Below are positions 1 through 8,930 of a stretch of 41,256 nucleotides of DNA, one piece after another; the first letter of the stretch is position 1, and each line of letters begins with the position of its first letter. The position numbers and the translations under genes are program-made. The notes under the pieces were generated by a model. The model was not told the origin of the DNA. It made no database searches and worked only from the letters and a program-made list of their open reading frames with translations. The stretch is from a bacterium (lineage in GTDB: Bacteria > Bacillota > Clostridia > Christensenellales > Aristaeellaceae): NCBI GenBank assembly GCA_963649405.1, contig CAVJHY010000001.1:1-41256 (forward strand), written 5' to 3'.

Positions 1-76
1 ATATGTTGTATCACATAGAAGCTGTTCCTTCGATGCAACAATAAATATTATGTATACGCTTTCTTGGAAGGGGTAT

Positions 77-115
77 GGGGAAACCATTCTTTATCGCATA
101 AAGAATGGTTTTCCC
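77..115. terminator. Long hairpin 7 nt beyond the stop of the YnbB-like gene; probable, possibly bidirectional, terminator
   Basis: GGGGAAACCATTCTTTAT (77-94), loop CGC, ATAAAGAATGGTTTTCCC (98-115). This is an 18-position stem with one non-Watson-Crick position (G-U on the plus RNA, A-C on the minus RNA). There is no clean U-tract on either strand. Confidence 0.45.
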
Positions 116-122
116 ATAATTC

Positions 123-1376
123 TTATAATGCCAAATTCCCGCTTTCCACCATGTGCTGAATGGCGCTGGTAAGCGCGAGCTTGCCGTGGGTGTATGTGAG
201 ACCGCCCTGCATATAGACCGTGTACGGCGCACGCATGGGGGCATCAGCGGACAGCTCGATGGACGCGCCCATGACGAATGTTCCGGCAGCCATGATGACC
301 TGATCCTGATAGCCGGGCATATCCCAAGGCTCAGGCACGGCGTTGCTGTCCACGGGCGAGGCTGCCTGAATGCCCTGACAGAAGGAAATGAGGCGCTCAG
401 GCGTTTCCATGTTGATAGCCTGAATGATGTCGGCTCGCGGCGCGTTAGAAGCAGGGGTTGTCTTAAAACCTAAAAGTTCAAAGCATCGGGCGGCCAATAA
501 TGCGGTCTTCACGGCTTGCGTGACCGTGTGCGGCGCCATGAAAAGCCCCTGATAGAAGGGACGGTAGGAGGCCGCATAACTGCCGCATTCCCTGCCAATG
601 CCGGGCGCAGTCAGCCGCGCCTCAATGCGGTGAATGGCGCGATTCGTGCCGACTAAGTACGCGCCGGTCGGGGCAAGCCCGCCGCCCATGTTCTTGATGA
701 GACTGCCGACGGCCACATCCGCGCCCATATGCGTCGGCTCTTCATCGCAGACAAAGCCGCCGTAACAGTTGTCCACCATGATGAAAATGTCAGGGCGCAC
801 CGCGTGAACGGCATCAATCAGGGGTTTCATGTCGGTGGGGCGCACGGCAGCACGCCACGCATAGCCGCGGCTGCGCTGAATGAGGATGACCGTGGTGTTT
901 TCCTGAATTGCTGCAAGCACGGCGGGTACATCAATCTGCCCGTCCGCCGTCATATCGACAGCCGAATAGGAAACGCCCATCTCTTTCAAAGAGCCAACGC
1001 CGTCTCCGCTCAGACCAATCACTTCGTCCATCGTGTCATAGGGCTTTTCCGTCGCGGCCAAGAGATGGTTGCCGGGAGTCAAAAGTCCGAACAGACACAT
1101 GGACAGCGCGTGCGTGCCGGAGGTGATGTGGGGGCGCACGATGGCGGCTTCCGCGCCGAAGAGATCGGCAAAGATTTTTTCCAGCGTATCGCGCCCCACA
1201 TCGTCATAGCCATAGCCCGTGGTGGGCGCAAAGTGGCGGGCGGCCACCTCGTGTTTCTTGTATAGGTCAAGAATTTTCTGCGTGTTGCGCAGTTCCCGCT
1301 CGTCCAAAGCGGCAAATTGCGCTTGTAAATCCTGCTCGGCATTACGAATGAGAGCGGTGATTTTGTCGTTATTCAA
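123..1376 (-). CDS. ynbB: YnbB / 'aluminium resistance protein' family PLP-dependent enzyme (Met gamma-lyase-like fold)
   Basis: The 420-aa ORF reads like the YnbB family that lies downstream of miaA/hfq in Firmicutes. The ORF-track start (GTG 1385) has no SD. TTG at 1376 lies 6 nt after GAGGTG, so I prefer it; the start remains uncertain. Confidence 0.8.
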   Translation of the reverse strand: MNNDKITALIRNAEQDLQAQFAALDERELRNTQKILDLYKKHEVAARHFAPTTGYGYDDVGRDTLEKIFADLFGAEAAIVRPHITSGTHALSMCLFGLLTPGNHLLAATEKPYDTMDEVIGLSGDGVGSLKEMGVSYSAVDMTADGQIDVPAVLAAIQENTTVILIQRSRGYAWRAAVRPTDMKPLIDAVHAVRPDIFIMVDNCYGGFVCDEEPTHMGADVAVGSLIKNMGGGLAPTGAYLVGTNRAIHRIEARLTAPGIGRECGSYAASYRPFYQGLFMAPHTVTQAVKTALLAARCFELLGFKTTPASNAPRADIIQAINMETPERLISFCQGIQAASPVDSNAVPEPWDMPGYQDQVIMAAGTFVMGASIELSADAPMRAPYTVYMQGGLTYTHGKLALTSAIQHMVESGNLAL

Positions 1377-1394
1377 AGGAAACACCTCACAAAG

Positions 1395-1424
1395 AGTGGA
1401 TAGTGGTTAGTGAATAGTGGACAG
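1395..1424. repeat. Heptanucleotide tandem array, four units of AGTGGAT-type (AGTGGAT AGTGGTT AGTGAAT AGTGGAC)
   Basis: The 7-nt periodicity was read directly. It is the inverted counterpart of the array at 1551-1580. On the minus strand it ends 6 nt before the SD of the YnbB-like gene. Confidence 0.85.
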
Positions 1425-1469
1425 ATAAGAATGTTACGATGAAGCGGTAGTGGTCAGGGAAAAGTAAAT

Positions 1470-1518
1470 AGGAATTAGGAAACAGGAAACAGGGAACAGA
1501 GAATAGGAAACAGGAAAC
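1470..1518. repeat. Heptanucleotide tandem array, seven units, consensus AGGAAAC (GUUUCCU on the minus-strand RNA)
   Basis: AGGAATT AGGAAAC AGGAAAC AGGGAAC AGAGAAT AGGAAAC AGGAAAC, read directly. Four copies are perfect. Confidence 0.85.
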
Positions 1519-1550
1519 AGAAGTGCAACTTTATTGCTTGCTGGTCAACA

Positions 1551-1580
1551 CTATATCTATCCACTATCCACTAATCACTG
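1551..1580. repeat. Heptanucleotide tandem array (CTATATC TATCCAC TATCCAC TAATCAC TG), inverted relative to 1395-1424
   Basis: Read directly. It overlaps the last five codons and the stop of miaA. Positions 1563-1580 are identical to 32323-32340. Confidence 0.85.
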
Positions 1581-2478
1581 AAATTTGTTCAAGTAAGTCA
1601 GTAATCATTGTATGCTCGTCTACCGTGAGCCAGTGAATGCGTTTGTCGCGCCGAAACCAAGTGAGCTGGCGTTTGGCATAGTTGCGCGTTTTTTGTTTGA
1701 TGAGGGCAGCGGCATTTTCAAGCGTTTCCGTGCCGTGCAGCACGGGCAGAAGCTCCTTATAGCCAAGCCCCTGCATGGCCTGTGCCTGTTCGGGAACGCC
1801 GCTTTTGATGAGTGTTTCCACCTCGTCAAGCAGCCCCTCTTGCAACATATTGTCCACGCGCTTTTCAATGCGTTCATACAGCCGCTGCCTGTCCATGTCG
1901 AGCGCAAAGAGCGAAAAGTCATAGGGTGCGTCCGCCTCGGTCGGCATCACCTGCTCGGAAAACGGAACACCCGTCAGGTCATAGACCTCCAAGGCGCGAA
2001 TCACGCGGCGCGTGTCGTTCGGATGGAGGTGGGCGGCGCTTGCCTTGTCAACCTTTTCAAGCAGGGCATGGAGCGCCTCAGCGCCCTCTGCATCGCAAAT
2101 CGCCTGATATTTTTCGCGGATGGCATTATCGCCGCGCACGAAGCCGAAATCAAGCGGCAGGGACAGGGCGCTTAAATAAAAGCCCGTACCGCCGACTAAA
2201 ATCGGCGTATCGATTTTTTTAATCAGCGGGTGGGCAAGGGCAGCATACTCCGTGACGGAAAAGGCTTCCGTCGGCTCGACCACATCAAGCAAATGATGCG
2301 GGACACGCGCCTGTTCTTCCTTGGTCGGCTTCGCCGTGCCGATGTCCATACCCTTATAAATCTGCATGGAGTCCATGCAGAGAATTTCGCCATGAAGCCG
2401 CTCGGCCAGTGCCAGCGAAACGGCGGTTTTCCCGCTGGCGGTCGGGCCGACAAGCCCCCAAACTCGTTTCTTTTTCAT
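1564..2478 (-). CDS. miaA: tRNA dimethylallyltransferase MiaA
   Basis: N-terminal P-loop GPTASGKT and an IPP-transferase-type sequence throughout. Its ATG shares one nucleotide with the mutL stop (TGATG). Confidence 0.95.
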   Translation of the reverse strand: MKKKRVWGLVGPTASGKTAVSLALAERLHGEILCMDSMQIYKGMDIGTAKPTKEEQARVPHHLLDVVEPTEAFSVTEYAALAHPLIKKIDTPILVGGTGFYLSALSLPLDFGFVRGDNAIREKYQAICDAEGAEALHALLEKVDKASAAHLHPNDTRRVIRALEVYDLTGVPFSEQVMPTEADAPYDFSLFALDMDRQRLYERIEKRVDNMLQEGLLDEVETLIKSGVPEQAQAMQGLGYKELLPVLHGTETLENAAALIKQKTRNYAKRQLTWFRRDKRIHWLTVDEHTMITDLLEQISVISG

Positions 2479-4424
2479 CAGCTTTGAATGCGCCTAAAGC
2501 GCTTGTCAAGATCCGTATGCGTGAGCGATACCATGATGGGGCGACCGTGCGGACAGGTCGGCGAGATGTCCTTGTTGACAATTTGTCCAATCAGCATGGC
2601 AATTTTATCCATCGGGATTTTCTCGCCGCCCTTGACGGCATGCTTGCAAGCCATCTGCATGATGCGCTGCGTGCAGTCAAGGCTGGTCATGGCACCGCTT
2701 GAAATCAGCTCATCCAAGGCATCCACAAGGCAGCGGCTCGCTTCCGGCTGCTCCAGCACGATGGGAACGCCGCGTAATTGTACACTGAAATCCCCGAACG
2801 GCTCGACTTCAAAGCCCGCGTTTTTAAGCGCTTCCTTGTTTTCCTCATAGGCGGCGTATTCAGTGGGGGAGAGCTTGACCGCCAAGGGCATCAGCAGCGC
2901 CTGTGATACGGGCGCATCCGCCATCTTCTTTACAAGCTGCTCATACAAAATCCGCTCATGCGCGGCATGCTGGTCGCACAAAAGAAGCTGCTCTTCATAC
3001 TCCATCAAAATGTAAGTATTGAACACAGTGCCGATGATGCGCGGCAGAGGATGGGCGAATTGCTTCTCCACCATTTCATCCTTTACCTGTTCAGGCTCTT
3101 TCGGCGGCTCTTCCTTTTGAACGGCGGGAGGCGGCGCGGCGGGGACGGTCTGCTGCTTCTTGATTTGCTCATACAGGAAGCTGCCCCCCTCATGGAAGGC
3201 TGCACCGCTCTTCGGAAGCGGGGAAAACGGCAAGGTCGCCGTGCGGGTGACGACAGCTGGCGCAGGGGAGGGGTGCTGAATCGTTTGCACAGGCGGTTTG
3301 ATTTCTGCAGGCTTCGGCGCTTCCACTTGAACAGGCGCAGGAACGCTTTGCGATACCTGCACATGCGCTTCCGCCGGCACGGGTTTTTCCGGCGATACGG
3401 AAAAGAGCTGCGGCGCGGTCAGCGCTTCCTTCTGGGTGCTGACGAGAGCATCCAAAACGAGTGTCTCCACCGCTTCGCGCACGGCGCGTTCGTTCTGAAA
3501 GCGCACTTCCCACTTGTTCGGGTGTACATTGACATCCGCCGCGCCAAAGGGCATGGTGAGGTGCAGAATGCACATGGGAAAACGCCCGATGGTCACGCGC
3601 TGCCGGCAGGCATTCTCCACGGCGGAGGAAAGCAGCGGGCTTTTCATCGTCCGCTGATTCAAAAAGAAAAATTCGTGCGCCCGATTGCCGCGGGCGACAT
3701 CGCCGACCCCGACAAAGCCGCTCAGCATCACGCCGTTCATGTTCCCGTCCACTTTGGTGAGCTGGCGCAGGACATCCACGCCGTAAATGCTTAAAACAGC
3801 GCTTTGCAGCTTTCCGTCACCGGCGCTGAAATAGACGGTCTTGCCGTCCGCTACATAGCGGAAGGAAATGTCAGGGCGAGAGAGAATCATCCGCGCCATC
3901 AGTTCGCTGACCAAGGCAGTTTCATATGCGGCCTTTTTTATGAATTTTTTGCGCACGGGCGCGTTATAAAATAAGTCCTTGATGACAAAGGTCGTGCCTT
4001 CGGGACAGGCGGCATCGCGCAAATCGGAAATCACGCCGCCGTTATTCGTGAGCGTCAGTCCCGTATCAAAGCCGGAGGCGCGGGTGGTGCATTTTACGTG
4101 GGATACGGCGGCGATGGAGGCGAGCGCCTCACCGCGAAAGCCCAAGGTCTGCACACCGTACAGGTCATCCGCCGTGCGGATTTTGCTGGTGGCGTGGCGT
4201 TCAAAGGCCAGCCGAATGTCGGACGGCGCAATGCCCTTGCCGTTATCGGTCACGCGGAAGGACAAAAGTCCGCCTTCCTTGATTTCGACCGTGACGGCTG
4301 TCGCGCCCGCGTCCAAGGCATTTTCCACCAATTCCTTGATGGCGGCGCTGGGACGCTCCACCACCTCGCCCGCCGCAATCTGCCCGATGACCTCCGGCGG
4401 CAAAACCTGAATGCGATTGTTCAC
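2478..4424 (-). CDS. mutL: DNA mismatch repair protein MutL
   Basis: GHKL ATPase motifs (IAAGEVVERP, ELVENALDAG, DNGKGI), a Pro/Ala-rich linker, and a C-terminal domain with the endonuclease motif DQHAAHERILYE. Confidence 0.97.
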   Translation of the reverse strand: MNNRIQVLPPEVIGQIAAGEVVERPSAAIKELVENALDAGATAVTVEIKEGGLLSFRVTDNGKGIAPSDIRLAFERHATSKIRTADDLYGVQTLGFRGEALASIAAVSHVKCTTRASGFDTGLTLTNNGGVISDLRDAACPEGTTFVIKDLFYNAPVRKKFIKKAAYETALVSELMARMILSRPDISFRYVADGKTVYFSAGDGKLQSAVLSIYGVDVLRQLTKVDGNMNGVMLSGFVGVGDVARGNRAHEFFFLNQRTMKSPLLSSAVENACRQRVTIGRFPMCILHLTMPFGAADVNVHPNKWEVRFQNERAVREAVETLVLDALVSTQKEALTAPQLFSVSPEKPVPAEAHVQVSQSVPAPVQVEAPKPAEIKPPVQTIQHPSPAPAVVTRTATLPFSPLPKSGAAFHEGGSFLYEQIKKQQTVPAAPPPAVQKEEPPKEPEQVKDEMVEKQFAHPLPRIIGTVFNTYILMEYEEQLLLCDQHAAHERILYEQLVKKMADAPVSQALLMPLAVKLSPTEYAAYEENKEALKNAGFEVEPFGDFSVQLRGVPIVLEQPEASRCLVDALDELISSGAMTSLDCTQRIMQMACKHAVKGGEKIPMDKIAMLIGQIVNKDISPTCPHGRPIMVSLTHTDLDKRFRRIQS

Positions 4425-4446
4425 CGTAAATCTCCTTACAGACAGC

Positions 4447-7047
4447 TTATAATTTAAGCGCCTTTTCCCGCAGCATGAACAGCGTATTCAGCGCGTCCAT
4501 CGGGGTCATGGCTAAGACATCCAAGCCTTGAATTTCCTGAATAAATTCCGTCTTGGAATAGCCGAGCAGTGTTTCCTGTTCGTTCTTGCGGTTTTTGCCG
4601 GTTGGCGACAGGATATTTTGCCCGATGCTGTTTTGCGTGACATCATTAACTGCCAGCCGTGCCTGAATTTCCTGTGCGCGGGCGACAACGGCGCGGGGAA
4701 CACCTGCCAAACGCGCCACATAAATGCCGAAGGACTTGTCCGCCCCGCCCGGCACGATTTTGCGCAGGAAAATGACATCTTCGCCGTGTTCTTTGACGGA
4801 GACACAGAAGTTATGCACGCCGTCCAAATGCCCTTCCAGCTCGGACAATTCATGATAGTGCGTGGCGAACAGGGTCTTCGCACCGCACTTTTTCTGATCG
4901 CAGAGAAATTCAACCGCCGCCCAAGCAATGGCCAGCCCGTCAAAGGTGCTTGTGCCGCGCCCGATTTCATCCAAAATAACGAGGGAGCGGTTGGTCGCGT
5001 TGCGAAGGATGTATGCCATTTCACTCATTTCCACCATAAATGTGGATTGACCGGCGGCCAAGTCATCCGATGCGCCGACACGGGTATACACGCAGTCCAC
5101 GAGTGGAATATTCGCTTCCCGTGCGGGGACAAACGACCCCATGTGCGCCATCAGCACAATCAGCGCTACCTGGCGCATATAGGTGCTTTTGCCCGCCATG
5201 TTGGGACCGGTGATAATCTGCATCCTGTATTCGTTTTCGTCCATTTGGGTATCGTTGGGGACGAAAGCCGCGTCCGATAAATTCTGCTCAACCACGGGAT
5301 GCCGCCCTTCGACAATGCTTAAAACGCCCTCTTCGTTGATTTTCGGGCGCACATAGCCGTTTTCACGCGCCACACGCGCCAGTGACAGCAGAGCATCCAA
5401 GGTCTTATAGCCTGCCGCCGTGCGCTGCAGCGCCTCCATGTGCTTGGCGATTTCGGTGCGGACGGCATCAAAGAGCGCATATTCCAATTTTTGGGACTGC
5501 TCCTGTGCGCCGGTGATTTTGCTTTCCAAGGAGCGCAATTCATCGGTGGTGAAGCGCTCGGCATTCGTCAAAGTCTGCCGCCGTTGATACCGCATCGGCA
5601 CGAGGGTATAATTCGCCTTCGTGACCTCGATATAGTACCCGAATACGCGGTTATACTGAATTTTCAGGTTTTTAATGCCCGTTTCCTCGCGCTCCCGCGC
5701 CTCCAAATTGAGCAGCCATTGCTTGCCCTCCACGGACGCGGCGCGAAGCTGGTCTAATTCCTCGTTATAGCCCTGCCGAATGACCCCACCGTCCGCCGGA
5801 GAAATGGGGGCGTTTTCGTCAATGGCATTGGAAAGCAGCGTTTTTAATTCAGGGATAGGGTCGATAAGGGAGCGCACATTGTCCAGTGCCTCGCCGTGTA
5901 CGCCGTCCAGCAGATTCAGCACCTCCGGCGCTTGCTCCAACGAGCGCAGCAGCGCCAGACAATCTCGCGGGTTGAGTGTTTGATAAGAAATTTTGGACAG
6001 CAGCCGCTCCATGTCGTAGACCTTGCCCAAAATTTCACGCAGCGCCTCGGACAAAACATGTTCATTGTACAGCGCCTCGACCGCATCAAGCCGCGCCAAA
6101 ATGCTGTCCTTTTGAAGCAGGGGCTGCTCGACCCAAGACCTAAGCATACGCCCGCCCATCGCGGTGACAGTCTTGTCCATCAGTCCAAGCAGAGAGCCTT
6201 TTGACGAGCGACCGCGCAGGGACTCCGTTAATTCCAAATTGCGTCGCGTGTTCATGTCCAGCGGCATGGTGTCCGCCTTGTCCACAATGCGAATGCGCGC
6301 GATGTGCGAAAGCGCGTTTTTCTGCGTTTCGTTTAAGTACGCCATCAGCGCACCGGCAGCAGCCGCGGCAGGGAAAAGGGAGACATCCAAGCCCAGCGCC
6401 GTCAAAGAGCCGACCGAAAAATGGGAAAGCAAGGTGTCTCTTGCGTTCTGCGCCTGATATGCCGATGCCTTGTAGGATTCACAGGAAAGGCTGGTGCAGG
6501 GCGCAATATCGGAAGGAGAGTTGGTGATAATTTCGCTGGGGGAAATCGTGGCAAGCGCCCCGCGCAGCTCGCGCTCGTTGTTCTGAATGACGCGCACATA
6601 TAATTCGCCTGTGGTGATGTCGCAATAGCAAAGCCCGATGCGGCGGCCTGAAACACAGGCGGAGAGCAGATAATTGTTTTTGCGTTCGCCGATGGCGTTC
6701 GTGTCCGTCAAGGTGCCGGGTGTTACGATGCGGATGATGTCACGCTCCACCAGTCCCTTAGACAGCGCTGGGTCAGTGAGCTGTTCGCAGACGGCGACCC
6801 GATAGCCCTTTTCGACAAGGCGGGAGATATAAGTGTCCACAGCGTGAAAGGGAACGCCGCACATGGGAGCGCGTTCCTTCAAGCCGCAGTCTTTGCCGGT
6901 CAGCGTCAGCTCCAGCTCACGGCTGGCGGTCAGCGCATCCTCAAAGAACATCTCATAAAAGTCCCCCACACGGAAAAAAAGCAGCGCATCGGGATTCTGC
7001 TGCTTAATCTGCATATATTGCTGCATCATGGGAGAGAGGGTGGCCAT
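4447..7047 (-). CDS. mutS: DNA mismatch repair protein MutS
   Basis: N-terminal PMMQQY and GDFYEMFF mismatch-binding motifs, Walker A GPNMAGKST, and a typical length of 866 aa. Confidence 0.97.
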   Translation of the reverse strand: MATLSPMMQQYMQIKQQNPDALLFFRVGDFYEMFFEDALTASRELELTLTGKDCGLKERAPMCGVPFHAVDTYISRLVEKGYRVAVCEQLTDPALSKGLVERDIIRIVTPGTLTDTNAIGERKNNYLLSACVSGRRIGLCYCDITTGELYVRVIQNNERELRGALATISPSEIITNSPSDIAPCTSLSCESYKASAYQAQNARDTLLSHFSVGSLTALGLDVSLFPAAAAAGALMAYLNETQKNALSHIARIRIVDKADTMPLDMNTRRNLELTESLRGRSSKGSLLGLMDKTVTAMGGRMLRSWVEQPLLQKDSILARLDAVEALYNEHVLSEALREILGKVYDMERLLSKISYQTLNPRDCLALLRSLEQAPEVLNLLDGVHGEALDNVRSLIDPIPELKTLLSNAIDENAPISPADGGVIRQGYNEELDQLRAASVEGKQWLLNLEAREREETGIKNLKIQYNRVFGYYIEVTKANYTLVPMRYQRRQTLTNAERFTTDELRSLESKITGAQEQSQKLEYALFDAVRTEIAKHMEALQRTAAGYKTLDALLSLARVARENGYVRPKINEEGVLSIVEGRHPVVEQNLSDAAFVPNDTQMDENEYRMQIITGPNMAGKSTYMRQVALIVLMAHMGSFVPAREANIPLVDCVYTRVGASDDLAAGQSTFMVEMSEMAYILRNATNRSLVILDEIGRGTSTFDGLAIAWAAVEFLCDQKKCGAKTLFATHYHELSELEGHLDGVHNFCVSVKEHGEDVIFLRKIVPGGADKSFGIYVARLAGVPRAVVARAQEIQARLAVNDVTQNSIGQNILSPTGKNRKNEQETLLGYSKTEFIQEIQGLDVLAMTPMDALNTLFMLREKALKL

Positions 7048-7115
7048 AAAGCGCGATGCTCCTTTTTATACGATTTCCCTTGCTAAAAGATTACAGGTCT
7101 GCGTTTAACTCGATT

Positions 7116-7517
7116 TTAGCTGTGGTGGCATCCGCCACCGCAACTATCACAATGACCAGTGCATCCGCCCACACTTTCCGGCGCAAGCACCTTTTTCAGC
7201 TCGTTGTTCACCGCGTCCATCATGTCGGTGAACTGCTGCCGCGCCACTTGAAGTGCCTTGGCCATCGGGTAGGACTGGAAACGCGCCTGAATTTCTTCCA
7301 TTTCGCGGTTCAACTCGCTCATTTTGTCAAAATCCGGCGGGTCTTTGAGGGAAATGCGCTCCAGCTCCGTGCGCTTTTCTTCGTATTCCATGAAGGCGGC
7401 GGTTAATTGCTCGTCCTTCGTAGCGGCATCCTCGGTCACGCGCATACCAATAAATTCATCGCTTTCCTTGATGAGCTGCGCGAGCTCCTGCGCCTTTTTG
7501 ATGACAGCCTCGTTCAT
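7116..7517 (-). CDS. ymcA: YlbF/YmcA (RicA-like) family protein with a Cys-rich C-terminal tail
   Basis: A 133-aa helical protein in the canonical Firmicute slot between miaB (ymcB) and mutS. The C-terminus is CTGHCDSCGGGCHHS. SD GAAGGAG lies upstream. Confidence 0.75.
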   Translation of the reverse strand: MNEAVIKKAQELAQLIKESDEFIGMRVTEDAATKDEQLTAAFMEYEEKRTELERISLKDPPDFDKMSELNREMEEIQARFQSYPMAKALQVARQQFTDMMDAVNNELKKVLAPESVGGCTGHCDSCGGGCHHS

Positions 7518-7523
7518 AGCTTG

Positions 7524-8930
7524 TTATTCTCCTTCTTTCTTGCCGCGCAGCGTCGTTTTGCCGGCAGAGGTGATGGTAATGGGGACAATCTGCCCGATGT
7601 CGCTTTCTGCCCCATGAAAATTGATGCTGATGTTGCGCCCGCCTTTGCCTGTCAGCATGGCGGCATCGCGCTTGGACGCGCCGGTGACAAGCACTTGCTC
7701 CGTCTTTCCCAGCATGGAGGCAAAGACCTCGGCGGTCTTCTTTTCCTGCAAGGCAATGAGCTTTTCAAGGCGCTCAGTGGACACATCGGCGGGAATTTGG
7801 CTGGGCATTTTCGCCGCCACCGTACCGACACGCGGGCTGTAAATAAAGGTAAACGCGCTGTCGTAAGAAACTTCGTCGACCAGCGCCAAGGTATCCTCAA
7901 AATCTTTGTCCGTTTCGCCGGGAAAGCCGACGATTAAGTCGGTCGTGATGCCGATGTCCGGCACGGCTTGGCGCAGCGCATGAACGCGGTCAAGGTATTT
8001 TTCCCGCGTATAGCGGCGATTCATGGCTTGCAAAACGGTATTGCTGCCGGACTGCACCGGCAGATGGAAATGCTTGAGAACGGCTTTGTTTCGGGCAATT
8101 TCCTCAATCAATTCATCTGATAAATCCTTAGGGTGCGAGGTCATAAAGCGGATGCGCGGAATGCCCGTTTTTTCGATTTCGTGAAGGAGCTTCGCAAACG
8201 AAAGCCCGTTTTCCAAATCATTCCCGTAGGAATTGACATTTTGCCCAAGCAGCATGATTTCCTTCGTGCCGCTCTTCGCGAGCCCCTCCACATCGTGCAG
8301 GATGTCCGTTGCGCTTCTGGAGCGTTCCCGCCCGCGCACATACGGCACGATGCAGTATGAGCAAAAATTGTTGCAGCCGTACATCACGGTGACATACGCC
8401 TGAATATCGCTTTCGCGGCGGACGGGCAGCCCTTCAATCAAGGTGCTTTGCTCCTTAGGAACGGCCACCACGCGACGGGAAGTTTCCACAGCCCGCAAAA
8501 GAAGTTCCGGCAAGCGGTGAATATTGCCCGTGCCGAAGGCGACATCCACAAAGGGGTATTGGCGCAGCAGCTTTTCCGCCATACCCTCTTCCTGCACCAT
8601 ACAGCCGCAGACACCGATGAGCATTTCGGGGCGCTTTTTTTTGATTTCCTTGAGCCATGTCACATTGCCCAGCGCCTTGCGCTCGGCATTGTCGCGGATG
8701 CAGCAGGTGTTGTGCAGAACAAAGTCCGCTTCTTCGCGCTCCTTGGCGGCGGTCATGCCCATTGCTTCCAAAATGCCCGCTAACTTTTCGGAATCGTGCG
8801 CGTTCATCTGGCAGCCGTAGGTGACGATATGGTAGGTGTGCGGGCGCTCGGAAAGCGCCGCAAACTGACGCATATATTCGCGCTGCAGTGCCATTTCCGC
8901 TTCGGGAATTTTCCTGATTTCTTCGTTCAT
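7524..8930 (-). CDS. miaB: tRNA-2-methylthio-N6-dimethylallyladenosine synthase MiaB (radical SAM methylthiotransferase)
   Basis: UPF0004-type N-domain, radical SAM CNNFCSYC, and a TRAM-like C-terminus. I place the start at ATG 8930 (SD GAGGA), which overlaps the RNase G stop as ATGA. The ORF-track start at 8966 lies inside the upstream gene. Confidence 0.93.
   Translation of the reverse strand: MNEEIRKIPEAEMALQREYMRQFAALSERPHTYHIVTYGCQMNAHDSEKLAGILEAMGMTAAKEREEADFVLHNTCCIRDNAERKALGNVTWLKEIKKKRPEMLIGVCGCMVQEEGMAEKLLRQYPFVDVAFGTGNIHRLPELLLRAVETSRRVVAVPKEQSTLIEGLPVRRESDIQAYVTVMYGCNNFCSYCIVPYVRGRERSRSATDILHDVEGLAKSGTKEIMLLGQNVNSYGNDLENGLSFAKLLHEIEKTGIPRIRFMTSHPKDLSDELIEEIARNKAVLKHFHLPVQSGSNTVLQAMNRRYTREKYLDRVHALRQAVPDIGITTDLIVGFPGETDKDFEDTLALVDEVSYDSAFTFIYSPRVGTVAAKMPSQIPADVSTERLEKLIALQEKKTAEVFASMLGKTEQVLVTGASKRDAAMLTGKGGRNISINFHGAESDIGQIVPITITSAGKTTLRGKKEGE

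Noticed and set aside
11-244. A 77-aa minus-strand ORF at the left edge.
   Set aside because: It overlaps the 3' end of the YnbB-like gene out of frame and runs through the terminator hairpin. It has no SD and no recognisable sequence.
1457-1523. The AGGAAAC array read as a CsrB/RsmZ-like CsrA-sponge sRNA on the plus strand.
   Set aside because: I could find no plus-strand promoter or terminator. The GGA motifs are not presented in hairpin loops, and the region sits inside a minus-strand transcription unit. I kept it only as a minor alternative.
1395-1580. The heptamer arrays read as a CRISPR array or as replication iterons.
   Set aside because: The period is only 7 nt with no spacers. There are no cas genes and no rep or par genes nearby, and a 7-nt phasing does not match helical-repeat iterons.
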